This document shows, piece by piece, positions 17,045 to 26,187 of a DNA stretch of 64,000 bases. Origin of the DNA: an uncultured Candidatus Saccharibacteria bacterium (GTDB taxonomy: Bacteria > Patescibacteriota > UBA1384 > JAGGWG01 > CAZAJM01); assembly GCA_964485625.1 (NCBI GenBank), contig CAZAJM010000004.1, positions 3,349 to 67,348 on the forward strand, given 5' to 3'. Position 1 is the first letter of the stretch. Each line of letters begins with the position of its first letter. Position numbers and translations under genes: made by a program. The notes beneath the pieces are model-generated. The model was not told where the DNA came from. It searched no databases and saw only the letters and a program-made list of their open reading frames with translations.

Positions 17045-18415
17045 ATGAAAAAGACGGATATATTTTTTTCGATAATTTTGGTCCCTTTAGACGCCGTAGT
17101 TTTAGTAGGAGCCTTTTTAATTGGTTGGTTTCTACGTTTTAAATATGATCCGACCGCTTTGCCAGTTGGCCAAGAGATGGAGATAGCGGAGTTTGTTCGG
17201 ATTATGATCTATCTTATCCCTGTTTGGGTGGCCATATTTGCTTTCAGCGGACTCTATCAAATATCTTTGGTCGGCAAACGGATTAGTAGTGAGGCCGTTA
17301 AAATATTTATTGCCTCTTCTGCTAGTGTTTTGGTGGCAATAATTGTCTTATTTGGTATCAGAGAGGCGACCTTTTCTAGATTGCTTCTTATCTACATGTG
17401 GCTCTTTTCATTTCTACTTGTTTTTATCGAGCGTTCTTTTATGATCTACCTGCAGAGATTGCTCTATAGGCAGAAAATTGGTTTGAAAAACGTTCTGCTT
17501 CTTAGAAATGGTGGGGCAATTGAAGATAGGCTCAGAAAGAGACTTAGTCGGCCTAATAATCTCGGTTATAATTTAGTAGGAGAGGAGAAGGCTAAGGCTT
17601 TGGACAAAAGAAAGCTTTCTGAGATTATTACTCAAAAAAAACCTGATATTGTTCTGCTAGTTGATACTAAACTAGATGAAGTTAAGACCAGTTCATTTAT
17701 GGAGGCCTGTTTGGATCAGGGGGTTAAGTTTACTTTTGTTCCTAACTTGCTTGATATCATTCAGACTAAGACCGAGTTAGCCGATTTCTTCTCTACGCCA
17801 ATATTTATTGTCCATAGTTCTCCACTAGAGGGTTGGGGCAGGGTAGTCAAAAGAATTTTTGATATTATTGGTTCTTTTTTGGCTATTATTATTCTATCTC
17901 CACTGTTTATTATTATTTCAGCTCTAGTCAAGTTAACTAGCCTTGGCCCTGTTCTATATATCCAGCAAAGAGTCGGTAGGGATGGTAGGGAGTTTCCTCT
18001 CTACAAGTTTCGTTCTATGAGTAAGGGGGCAGATAAGCAGGCCGATTGGACTACTAAGAATGATCCTCGTATTACTCCATTGGGCGAGTTTTTAAGAAAG
18101 ACCAACCTTGATGAGATACCTCAATTTTTTAATGTCTTGTTTGGCCATATGAGCTTGGTTGGTCCTAGACCAGAACAACCAAAATATGTCAAGGAGTTTA
18201 GCAACTCTATTCCTAAGTATTTTTCTCGTCACCGGGTAAAATCAGGTATTACTGGCTGGGCACAGATCAATGGCCAGAGGGGAGATAAGCCGATTGAAGA
18301 CCGAGTGCCTTATGATATGTACTATGTAAATAACTGGACGCTTGGTTTAGATTTAAAAATCATATTCATTACCATCTGGCAGATAATATCTTTTTCAAAT
18401 AAGGGAGAAGTTTAA
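17045..18415 (+). CDS. Undecaprenyl-phosphate sugar phosphotransferase (WbaP/WcaJ-like initiating transferase)
   Basis: 456 aa. Four N-terminal TMs, a central Rossmann-like domain, and C-terminal GPVLYIQQRVGRDGREFPLYKFRSM ... DEIPQFFNVLFGHMSLVGPRP. Confidence 0.85.
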   Translation: MKKTDIFFSIILVPLDAVVLVGAFLIGWFLRFKYDPTALPVGQEMEIAEFVRIMIYLIPVWVAIFAFSGLYQISLVGKRISSEAVKIFIASSASVLVAIIVLFGIREATFSRLLLIYMWLFSFLLVFIERSFMIYLQRLLYRQKIGLKNVLLLRNGGAIEDRLRKRLSRPNNLGYNLVGEEKAKALDKRKLSEIITQKKPDIVLLVDTKLDEVKTSSFMEACLDQGVKFTFVPNLLDIIQTKTELADFFSTPIFIVHSSPLEGWGRVVKRIFDIIGSFLAIIILSPLFIIISALVKLTSLGPVLYIQQRVGRDGREFPLYKFRSMSKGADKQADWTTKNDPRITPLGEFLRKTNLDEIPQFFNVLFGHMSLVGPRPEQPKYVKEFSNSIPKYFSRHRVKSGITGWAQINGQRGDKPIEDRVPYDMYYVNNWTLGLDLKIIFITIWQIISFSNKGEV

Positions 18416-18418
18416 ACT

Positions 18419-19570
18419 ATGAATGATTTAAGTACGCTAAATACAGCTTATGTTCATGAATGGCTGGTGAACTATACTGGTTCGGAGAGAGTATTAAAAT
18501 CTCTTTCTCAGTCAATTGACAAATCAGCCCCAATCTATACTACAGTCTATAATCGTGAGAAGGTGCCCCAGTTTGCTAATCGAATAGTTAGAACCAGTTT
18601 TATTCAAAGAGTGCCTCTAGGCCTTAGGTTCTATCAGTATTTCTATCCATTTATGCCTTATGTTTTTGAATCTTTTGATTTCTCAGAGTACGATTTAGTG
18701 ATCTCAGACTCCCATTCTTGTGCTAAAGGTATATTGACCGATCCCAGTACTTGTCATATCTGCTATCTTCATACCCCAACCAGATACCTTTGGCAGCCTT
18801 GGCTTGATGATCGAGCGGAGGGTGGCTTAGTTAAAAAAAGTATTTTAAGTTATATGAGAGTCTGGGATTATCAGGCGGCCAGTCGACCGGACTATTATAT
18901 TGCTAACTCAAAGAATGTTGCCAGAAGAATTAGAAAATACTATCAGCGTCCTGCTAGAGTAATTTATCCTCCGGTTGATACTAACTATTTTGAACCAACC
19001 GAAAATCCTAGTAAAGATTACTACCTCATAGTCTCCCGCTTAGCCGGTCAGAAAAAAATTGAGTTAGCAGTCAAGGCTTTTGTTAAGATGAAGAAAAGAT
19101 TGGTTGTGATCGGTGATGGGCCAATGAGAAAGCATTTAGAAAAACTAGCCCAGGGAAGTAAAGTTGAAATATTAGGCTTTAAGCCTGATAATGTAACTAG
19201 AAGGCACTATCAAAACTGCAAAGCGTTTATCTTTCCTCAGGAAGAGGATTTCGGTATCACTCCTTTAGAGGCAATGGCTTGTGGCCGACCGGTAATTGCC
19301 TATGGCAAGGGTGGAGTTTTGGAGACAGTTGTCGAAGGTAGAACCGGTATATTTTTCAAAGAGCAGACAGTAGAGTCTTTAATCGAAGCAGTGAAGAGTT
19401 TTGACGAGAGTAGGTTTGATCAGCCAGATATCCGTAAGCGAGCAGAGGAGTTTAGCGAGGAGCGTTTTAAGAACGAAATCGATCAAACTATTAGTGAGTT
19501 ATACTTAAAATATCAAGAGGGGCTAAATGGCAAAGAAGAGAGAAGAGAAGAAAAAGAAGGACCTAGTTAA
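18419..19570 (+). CDS. Glycosyltransferase family 1
   Basis: 383 aa, GT-B with EDFGITPLEAMACGRPVIAYGKGG (E-x7-E motif region). Confidence 0.75.
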   Translation: MNDLSTLNTAYVHEWLVNYTGSERVLKSLSQSIDKSAPIYTTVYNREKVPQFANRIVRTSFIQRVPLGLRFYQYFYPFMPYVFESFDFSEYDLVISDSHSCAKGILTDPSTCHICYLHTPTRYLWQPWLDDRAEGGLVKKSILSYMRVWDYQAASRPDYYIANSKNVARRIRKYYQRPARVIYPPVDTNYFEPTENPSKDYYLIVSRLAGQKKIELAVKAFVKMKKRLVVIGDGPMRKHLEKLAQGSKVEILGFKPDNVTRRHYQNCKAFIFPQEEDFGITPLEAMACGRPVIAYGKGGVLETVVEGRTGIFFKEQTVESLIEAVKSFDESRFDQPDIRKRAEEFSEERFKNEIDQTISELYLKYQEGLNGKEERREEKEGPS

Positions 19571-21722
19571 CAGAACTATTTTTCTGGATGGTCTTTCAGG
19601 TGGTCAAAAAAACAACTCCTCTTCAATTAGCTATAGCAAAGAGAATACAGTTGAGTCTGCAGGGGAAAATACTAGTGCTGATAAGAGCGTTAAAAACTCG
19701 GTAGAAAAAGAAAACAATAGTAGTTTTCTTTTCTCAGCCGGAGATGAAGGCTTTTTTGATGTTGAAGTAGAAAGAAATAAAAAGGGAACTAGATTTAGTG
19801 AAGTATTTACTAATTTTATCAATAGGGTCTCATTTACTAAAATTGCTACAGTCTGCTTCCTTCTGTTTTTCTCTCTTGGTGGCTGGTCTCTATATAGTCA
19901 GGCAAGTGATTTAGGAGGAGAAGTTAAAGGTGCTGCTTATCAGGGTAAACAACATCTAACCCAGGCAAGAGAGGCGGTTGATAATTATGATCTGTTGCTA
20001 GCCTCAGAAGAGTTTAAATTAGCTTCAGACCAAATCGGCAAAGCAAGTGAAGAGTTAATCAGAAAAGGCCAATATATGCCCTATTGGGACCAACTCTCTT
20101 ATCAGAATGAACAGAGTTCAATGGTTGCTTCTGTGATATTGATAGATCGGACAATATCTAATCTCAACATGCTTTATAGTAGTTTCTTGGGCCTAACAGA
20201 AAGAGGTGATTTTAGTCAGCAGAGTCAAATTAGAGTATCGAGAAATTTGGATCAATTAAGTAGAAATCTCTCTATATTGGGGGAGAAGATTGATAGTCTG
20301 GGCAGTAGCCAGTACTTTTTTCCAAGCGAAATTGAGGCTTACAATAAAGATATCGAGCTATTAGAAAACCAAATTATATTGATTAAAAGATTTGTTGATC
20401 AAAGCCCAAAGCTTCTGGGTTATAATGGTGAGAAGAAGTATCTTCTATTGTTCCAAAATAATGCTGAGCCTAGGCCGACAGGCGGGTTTATCGGTACTTT
20501 TGGCTACCTAACTGTTGATAATGGTAGGATAGCTGATCTTAAAGTTGATGAGATCTATGGTCCCAGAGATAGGCTAAGGGCAACTAAGCTTGATGGTATA
20601 AAAGCCAGTGAGCTTGGTTATCCGGAGGGTTTTCCTGAAGAGCTAATACCAAATGATCAAATTAAGCAGGAGTATCTTCATTCTTTCTATGTGCAAAATA
20701 CAAATGTAACTCCTGATTTTGGTGAAAGTGCTAGAAGAGCCTTGTGGTCTTTTGAGAATGTTTTAGAGCAACCTGAGGCTGAGGAAGTGATTGCAATTAA
20801 TCCTAATGTTATTGAAAGCATCTTAGAGATTGTTGGCCCAATTGAGGTGGGGGAGCATGGAGTAGAGTTAGATAGTAGTAATTTTAGAGATGTTGTCCAG
20901 TATAAAGTAGAGATAGATAATCCTTTTAAAAAAGAAGACCAAGAAGATTATAACCCAAAGCAAATTCTAGTTGATTTCACTCCTAAGTTTCTAGAAAAAA
21001 TCACTAGCTTAGATATTGAAGATAAGGCAGAGGTATTTGCCTCAATTTTAGATCAAGCGAAAAACAAACATATCTTGGCCTATTCCCAAGATCAAGCCCT
21101 AGAGCAACTAATCACCAGTTATGGGATGGATGGGAGGGTAGACCAATCAAATAGTGACTATCTGCAAATTAATCTAGATGCCTTAAATGCTACTAAGTCA
21201 GGTCTCTTTTTAGAGAAGGACTACCAACTAAATTCCGCCCTTGACAAAGAAGGTAATATTAGACATAATCTAGAAATTACTCTGGAAAATTTGGCTGATG
21301 GTAGTAGAAAATATTACTCCGAGATAGATCTTCTTGTTAGAGTAATGGTGCCTTACGGCAGTGATCTTGAAAGAGTTTTGATCGAATCCAAAGATCAAAT
21401 AGGTGATATTGATAAAATCGCTGAGTCAGGCAAAACAGTCTACTTGATTCCAGTTAGTCTCGATCGGGGAGAGAGAAAAATAATAAATCTTAGTTACCAA
21501 AGCCAGTATTTGCTAGAGGGCGGGGAGAGGTATAGTTTTATCTATCAGACTCAGCCCGGTTCAATTAAGACGGACTTTAGCTGGCGTTTTAGCTCTCCGG
21601 AACGTAGCCGAATTACTAACTACTATCCAAAGATAATAAATTTTATCGATCAATCGACTCTTGGTTATAGTCAGAAGGCTATAAATAAAGACTTCAGAGT
21701 AGATTTAGGTCTCTTGCCTTAG
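19527..21722 (+). CDS. Large membrane-anchored extracytoplasmic protein of the polysaccharide locus (possibly DUF4012-like); start uncertain
   Basis: 731 aa with a single TM near residue 100 (IATVCFLLFFSLGGWSLY) and a large hydrophilic domain. It overlaps the upstream GT by 44 nt. Family assignment is from memory of capsule-locus proteins, not verified. Confidence 0.4.
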   Translation: MAKKREEKKKKDLVNRTIFLDGLSGGQKNNSSSISYSKENTVESAGENTSADKSVKNSVEKENNSSFLFSAGDEGFFDVEVERNKKGTRFSEVFTNFINRVSFTKIATVCFLLFFSLGGWSLYSQASDLGGEVKGAAYQGKQHLTQAREAVDNYDLLLASEEFKLASDQIGKASEELIRKGQYMPYWDQLSYQNEQSSMVASVILIDRTISNLNMLYSSFLGLTERGDFSQQSQIRVSRNLDQLSRNLSILGEKIDSLGSSQYFFPSEIEAYNKDIELLENQIILIKRFVDQSPKLLGYNGEKKYLLLFQNNAEPRPTGGFIGTFGYLTVDNGRIADLKVDEIYGPRDRLRATKLDGIKASELGYPEGFPEELIPNDQIKQEYLHSFYVQNTNVTPDFGESARRALWSFENVLEQPEAEEVIAINPNVIESILEIVGPIEVGEHGVELDSSNFRDVVQYKVEIDNPFKKEDQEDYNPKQILVDFTPKFLEKITSLDIEDKAEVFASILDQAKNKHILAYSQDQALEQLITSYGMDGRVDQSNSDYLQINLDALNATKSGLFLEKDYQLNSALDKEGNIRHNLEITLENLADGSRKYYSEIDLLVRVMVPYGSDLERVLIESKDQIGDIDKIAESGKTVYLIPVSLDRGERKIINLSYQSQYLLEGGERYSFIYQTQPGSIKTDFSWRFSSPERSRITNYYPKIINFIDQSTLGYSQKAINKDFRVDLGLLP

Positions 21723-21752
21723 CAATCGCTGGTTGATTAGAGTTTTTTTAGT

Positions 21753-21781
21753 TTGACAAACGGCTTTATTTGTGATAAAAT
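21753..21781 (+). promoter_or_regulatory. Promoter upstream of the first L,D-transpeptidase gene
   Basis: TTGACA, 17-nt spacer, TAAAAT. Confidence 0.5.
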
Positions 21782-21813
21782 ATAGTTAGTTTTGGACGTT
21801 AATAATCAATATC

Positions 21814-22635
21814 ATGGAGAATAGGCAGCTTAAACAAGAGCAAGGAAACCAAATTCCTTTCTGGCAGGAGAAGGGTGAACGTGAATTTATTCTTATCTTA
21901 GGACTATCTTTAATTGTTATCGGTTTGGTCTTGTGGTTCTCCTTTACTAATCTAGGCCGTCATGTAGGCAACCGAGCCTTGAACTATATTGGTCAGAAAA
22001 CGACCGCCTCCTATGATTATCTAAGAGACTACTTCTCTGATTCTAATAATTTTCAAATTAAGGCCGATGAGAGCATCGATCAGTCTTCTGACAATTTAAT
22101 TGAGTCTGATCCAACTTTTTTCTATGATCCAAAGATTAACCAAATAAAGCCAAAAATAGCTAAGGCTCAAACTTTCTCTTTGGACAAGATAAAAAATAGT
22201 GTATATAATGAGAGGGAGGAGAGTATAGAAACGGCCGTTGCTAGCGGAAAGCCGGTCTATAGCAAAGGAAGGTATATCGATGTTGATCTCTCTTCTCAAA
22301 AGATGACCCTTTATAAAAACGGGGTGAATAAAGGCAACTACATAGTCTCAACTGGTAGCGCCTATCATCCAACACCGACAGGAGAGTACTCGATTAATTC
22401 TAAAGCTCTTAATGCTTATTCTGCTCCTTATGGCCTATATATGCCCTATTGGATGGCCTTTATTGGGTCAAGTTATGGTATTCATGAGCTGCCCGAAACA
22501 GCCAGTGGTGTAAAAGAGGGAGAGAGTTCTCTGGGTGTGCCCGTTAGTCATGGTTGTATCCGCTTAGGCGTTGGGGCTGCTGCTAGAGTTTATCAATTTG
22601 CGCCGGTTGGGACCAAAGTTTTTATCCATCAGTAA
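21814..22635 (+). CDS. L,D-transpeptidase (YkuD-domain)
   Basis: 273 aa. N-terminal TM and a C-terminal catalytic motif VSHGCIRLG. Confidence 0.75.
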   Translation: MENRQLKQEQGNQIPFWQEKGEREFILILGLSLIVIGLVLWFSFTNLGRHVGNRALNYIGQKTTASYDYLRDYFSDSNNFQIKADESIDQSSDNLIESDPTFFYDPKINQIKPKIAKAQTFSLDKIKNSVYNEREESIETAVASGKPVYSKGRYIDVDLSSQKMTLYKNGVNKGNYIVSTGSAYHPTPTGEYSINSKALNAYSAPYGLYMPYWMAFIGSSYGIHELPETASGVKEGESSLGVPVSHGCIRLGVGAAARVYQFAPVGTKVFIHQ

Positions 22636-22659
22636 AGTTATCTAAAAAAGAATTAAATT

Positions 22660-23355
22660 ATGCGGGGATTAATAATCTTCTCTTCAATCTTTATCTTCAT
22701 TGCTGGAGCTTTCCTTTTTTATTTTGGAGGATTTAATTTGCTTGTTCTGGCCCAAGACGATGGTCAGGTAGAGGAAGAGTATCTAATTGGCAACGGCAGC
22801 TCTGATAAATATGAGCTGTTTGAATTAACTGAGGAGGACTCGGAAAAAGTAAATAAAAAGAAAAAGAACAAGATACTTGTCTTTCCTCAAGCCGATGGTT
22901 TTGCTCCTGAGTCTGATGTAGAAAGTTGGGAAGGGATTGCTCCTCTTAAGAAAGGTAAAGTCATTGAGATAATTCTCTCTACTCAAAGACTTCTAGCTTG
23001 GGAGGATGGTAGATTGCTTGGTAACTATCTGGCTTCAACTGGTAAGCCCTCAACACCGACCAAGCAAGGTGAGTTTGAAGTTCTGACCAAACTACCTATG
23101 GCCTACGGTGCCGGCGATGGACAGACTTGGGCCATGCCGTTTTGGCTAGGCATCTATACAGCTGGGGGCAGTGAGAATGGTATCCATGGCTTGCCTTATA
23201 TAGATGGTTATAAAGAAAGTTCGGCCTCTTTAGGCACACCTGTTAGCCACGGTTGTATTCGGATAGCCGATACAAATCAAGAGTGGCTCTATTCTTGGGC
23301 AGAGCTTGGTACGCCAGTACATGTTAGTTGGTCTCCAACCTATGATCAGGAGTAA
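22660..23355 (+). CDS. L,D-transpeptidase (YkuD-domain), tandem paralogue
   Basis: 231 aa with signal/TM and VSHGCIRIAD catalytic motif. Confidence 0.75.
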   Translation: MRGLIIFSSIFIFIAGAFLFYFGGFNLLVLAQDDGQVEEEYLIGNGSSDKYELFELTEEDSEKVNKKKKNKILVFPQADGFAPESDVESWEGIAPLKKGKVIEIILSTQRLLAWEDGRLLGNYLASTGKPSTPTKQGEFEVLTKLPMAYGAGDGQTWAMPFWLGIYTAGGSENGIHGLPYIDGYKESSASLGTPVSHGCIRIADTNQEWLYSWAELGTPVHVSWSPTYDQE

Positions 23356-23390
23356 TTTACATATCTTATTAATTAGATATAATTGAGTAA

Positions 23391-23990
23391 ATGAGTTTAA
23401 AACCAAAGCCTTACCGGCCAGAGAGAGAGGATGGTGAGGAAAAACCGAATAAACCAGCTGCTTCTAATGAGAGAGAAAAAATCTCAACTAGGGGTATGCC
23501 CTTAAGGAATAAATTGTTGGTTTTTCTTATTACAATAATTGGTTTAGTAATTGTTGTTTTAGCTCTGGTTTATTTAAATGGTGGTGATATCAATATCCTT
23601 GCTGATCGAGCAGGTTATGTCTCAAACGATCCCGGAAAGGCCGCAAGCAACTTATTTGAGCATGGCAATGTCAAGGGTGAATCCGGCAGAATTTGTGGGA
23701 TTGTCAGAAATCAATATAATAGTATCATTAGTGGGGCTAAGGTACAGATAAGTGGAGGCGAGATAGATTGGTCGACTCAAACCGATCAATCTGGCCAGTT
23801 CTGTATTCCGCCTCTAGATAGTCAGGCCCAATCTATTCTAGGAGAGGTCTTGGTTGGAGATTATAAGCTCAAGGCAAGTGCTTCTGGCTATAATAGTGAG
23901 ACACAGTCAGTGACAATTGATTCAGGAGAGAAGAAAGAGGTAAGTTTTCATTTGAGTTATTCTAAAGATAAGATGTTGCCTGGAATTTGA
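23391..23990 (+). CDS. Membrane-anchored protein with carboxypeptidase-regulatory-like (CarboxypepD_reg) beta-sandwich domain
   Basis: 199 aa. TM, then ICGIVRNQYNSIISGAKVQISGG ... GDYKLKASASGYNSETQSVTI, typical of the CarbopepD_reg fold. Confidence 0.45.
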   Translation: MSLKPKPYRPEREDGEEKPNKPAASNEREKISTRGMPLRNKLLVFLITIIGLVIVVLALVYLNGGDINILADRAGYVSNDPGKAASNLFEHGNVKGESGRICGIVRNQYNSIISGAKVQISGGEIDWSTQTDQSGQFCIPPLDSQAQSILGEVLVGDYKLKASASGYNSETQSVTIDSGEKKEVSFHLSYSKDKMLPGI

Positions 23991-24129
23991 TAGCAACCAA
24001 TGATTTAAGCTAGGTTGCAAATGAGCTAATATTGGCTCATTTTTTGCTTGCATCAAATATTATTTATGTTAAAATAAGATTGTAGTTAATAAAGTTTAAC
24101 AGGTAAAAAGGGGCATCTAAATTTTAAAT

Positions 24130-26049
24130 ATGGCAAAAAAAGAAGCAAATTATGACGCAAGTGCGATAGAAGTACTAAAAGGCCTAGATCCAGTTAGAAA
24201 GAGACCGGGAATGTATATTGGAGGAACTGGTAAACAAGGGCTTCATCACTTAATCTGGGAGGTTATCGATAATTCCATAGATGAAGCTATGGCTGGTTAC
24301 TGTGATAAGATCGTCTTGATTTTAAATAACGATGGTAGTGTTAAAATTACTGATAATGGCAGAGGTATACCTGTGGAGAAGCATAAAGATAGCGGCAAGT
24401 CTGCTCTGGAAACTGTGCTGACTACACTTCATGCAGGTGGTAAGTTTGGCTCTAAAACCTATCAAGTTTCTGGTGGTTTACATGGTGTTGGTGTCTCGGT
24501 AGTTAATGCTCTTTCTAGCAAGCTAGAAGCCAAGGTTTATCGGGATGGTAAAGTCTATCAACAAGAATATTCTAGAGGTAAATCTAAAGGCAAGATGAAA
24601 AGCTCATCTAAAAAAGATAGTGATTTTTTTGGTGATAGTGGTACAGCGATCAGTTTCACTCCTGATGAGAAGATATTTGATGAAGTGGAGTTTGATTTTG
24701 AGACAATTCTTAATCGGCTTCGCCAACAGGCCTATCTAACCAAAGGAGTCAAGATGAAAATTATTGATCGCAGAGCTAAAGAGGAGAGCGAGTATAATTT
24801 CTATTTCCAAGGCGGGGTTAGGTCCTATGTACGATATTTAACTAAATCTAAGGAAAAGATATCTGAGCCAATATATATTGAAGGTGAGATGGATAAAATT
24901 GGTATTGAGATTTCACTAAGATATACTGACGATTTTAATGAGCAGGTAATCACTTTTGCTAATAATATCTATACTGAAAATGGTGGTACTCATCTTACCG
25001 GATTTAGGTCGGCCCTAACTAGGGTGATCAATGACTATATTAAGAAAAACGAGATGGGGGAGAAGGGTTTAAATAAAGTCTCCGGCCAAGATACTAGAGA
25101 GGGTTTAACAGCTGTGATCAATGTTAAGCTAGGTGAGGCCCAGTTTGAAGGTCAGACCAAAGGAAAGCTTGGTAATCCTGAAGTCCGTTCGGCGGTGGAG
25201 TCTCTAACAAATGATGTCCTTTCGACATACTTTGAAGAGAACCCCCAAGAGGCCAATAATATTAGTGAAAGATCCTTTTTGGCGGCTAGGGCTAGGACAG
25301 CAGCCAAGAAGGCAAGAGAGACAGTTATTAGAAAAGGTGCTCTAAGTGGTTTGGCTTTGCCGGGCAAATTAGCTGATTGTTCTTCAAGAAAGCCGGAGGA
25401 TTCTGAAATATTTATTGTCGAGGGTGATTCAGCCGGTGGTTCCAGTAAGCAGGGTAGGGATAGAGGCCATCAAGCGATATTACCTCTTAGGGGTAAGGTT
25501 TTGAATGTTGAGAGGAAACGACTTGATCGCATTCTGGAAAACAATGAATTAAAATCATTGATTTTAGCTCTAGGTATGGGTGTAGGAGAGGAGAAAGATA
25601 TCGAATCTCTAAGATATGATCGAGTGATAATTATGACCGATGCTGATATTGATGGTGCCCATATTGACACTTTGCTGTTAACGTTTTTCTATCGATACTT
25701 TAAAGAATTAATAACTGAAGGCCACCTCTACTTAGCTAAAGCCCCGCTTTACAAGGTAGAGAAAGGGAAAGAGTCAATCTATGCCTATAGTGAAGAAGAG
25801 CGGGAGAAGGCACTAGATAAATTAGGCGAAAATGCAAAGGTCCAGAGATACAAAGGTCTAGGTGAGATGAACCCAGGGCAACTATGGGAGACTACTATGG
25901 ATCCTGAGACTAGAATTCTTAGAAGAGTCAATGTTGAGGATGCTCAGCAGGCAGATCAAGTCTTTTCTACCCTCATGGGTTCTGAGGTTGAGCCAAGAAA
26001 GAGATTTATCCAAACCCATGCCAAGTCTGTAGAAAATCTAGATGTATAG
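24130..26049 (+). CDS. gyrB: DNA gyrase subunit B
   Basis: 639 aa. GHKL ATPase (LHHLIWEVIDNSIDEA, LHAGGKFG), Toprim (EGDSAGGS) and C-terminal tail. Confidence 0.95.
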   Translation: MAKKEANYDASAIEVLKGLDPVRKRPGMYIGGTGKQGLHHLIWEVIDNSIDEAMAGYCDKIVLILNNDGSVKITDNGRGIPVEKHKDSGKSALETVLTTLHAGGKFGSKTYQVSGGLHGVGVSVVNALSSKLEAKVYRDGKVYQQEYSRGKSKGKMKSSSKKDSDFFGDSGTAISFTPDEKIFDEVEFDFETILNRLRQQAYLTKGVKMKIIDRRAKEESEYNFYFQGGVRSYVRYLTKSKEKISEPIYIEGEMDKIGIEISLRYTDDFNEQVITFANNIYTENGGTHLTGFRSALTRVINDYIKKNEMGEKGLNKVSGQDTREGLTAVINVKLGEAQFEGQTKGKLGNPEVRSAVESLTNDVLSTYFEENPQEANNISERSFLAARARTAAKKARETVIRKGALSGLALPGKLADCSSRKPEDSEIFIVEGDSAGGSSKQGRDRGHQAILPLRGKVLNVERKRLDRILENNELKSLILALGMGVGEEKDIESLRYDRVIIMTDADIDGAHIDTLLLTFFYRYFKELITEGHLYLAKAPLYKVEKGKESIYAYSEEEREKALDKLGENAKVQRYKGLGEMNPGQLWETTMDPETRILRRVNVEDAQQADQVFSTLMGSEVEPRKRFIQTHAKSVENLDV

Positions 26050-26136
26050 ACAAAATGAAAGTAAATATATTATTAAAAAACGTATATAAAAGTAGCTTGT
26101 CCGCCATTGTCTGAGACTTCAGGCGATGACAGGCGG
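26049..26136. repeat. GC-rich hairpin element copy B (AT-rich ~50-bp arm plus 41-bp GC hairpin), flanked by 29-bp perfect direct repeats at 26020-26048 and 26137-26165
   Basis: Direct repeat gccaagtctgtagaaaatctagatgtata is the last 9 codons of gyrB. Hairpin: gtccgccattgtctgagacttcaggcgatgacaggcgggcc. Confidence 0.65.
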
Positions 26137-26187
26137 GCCAAGTCTGTAGAAAATCTAGATGTATAAGTAGATTAAAAATAATTAAAT

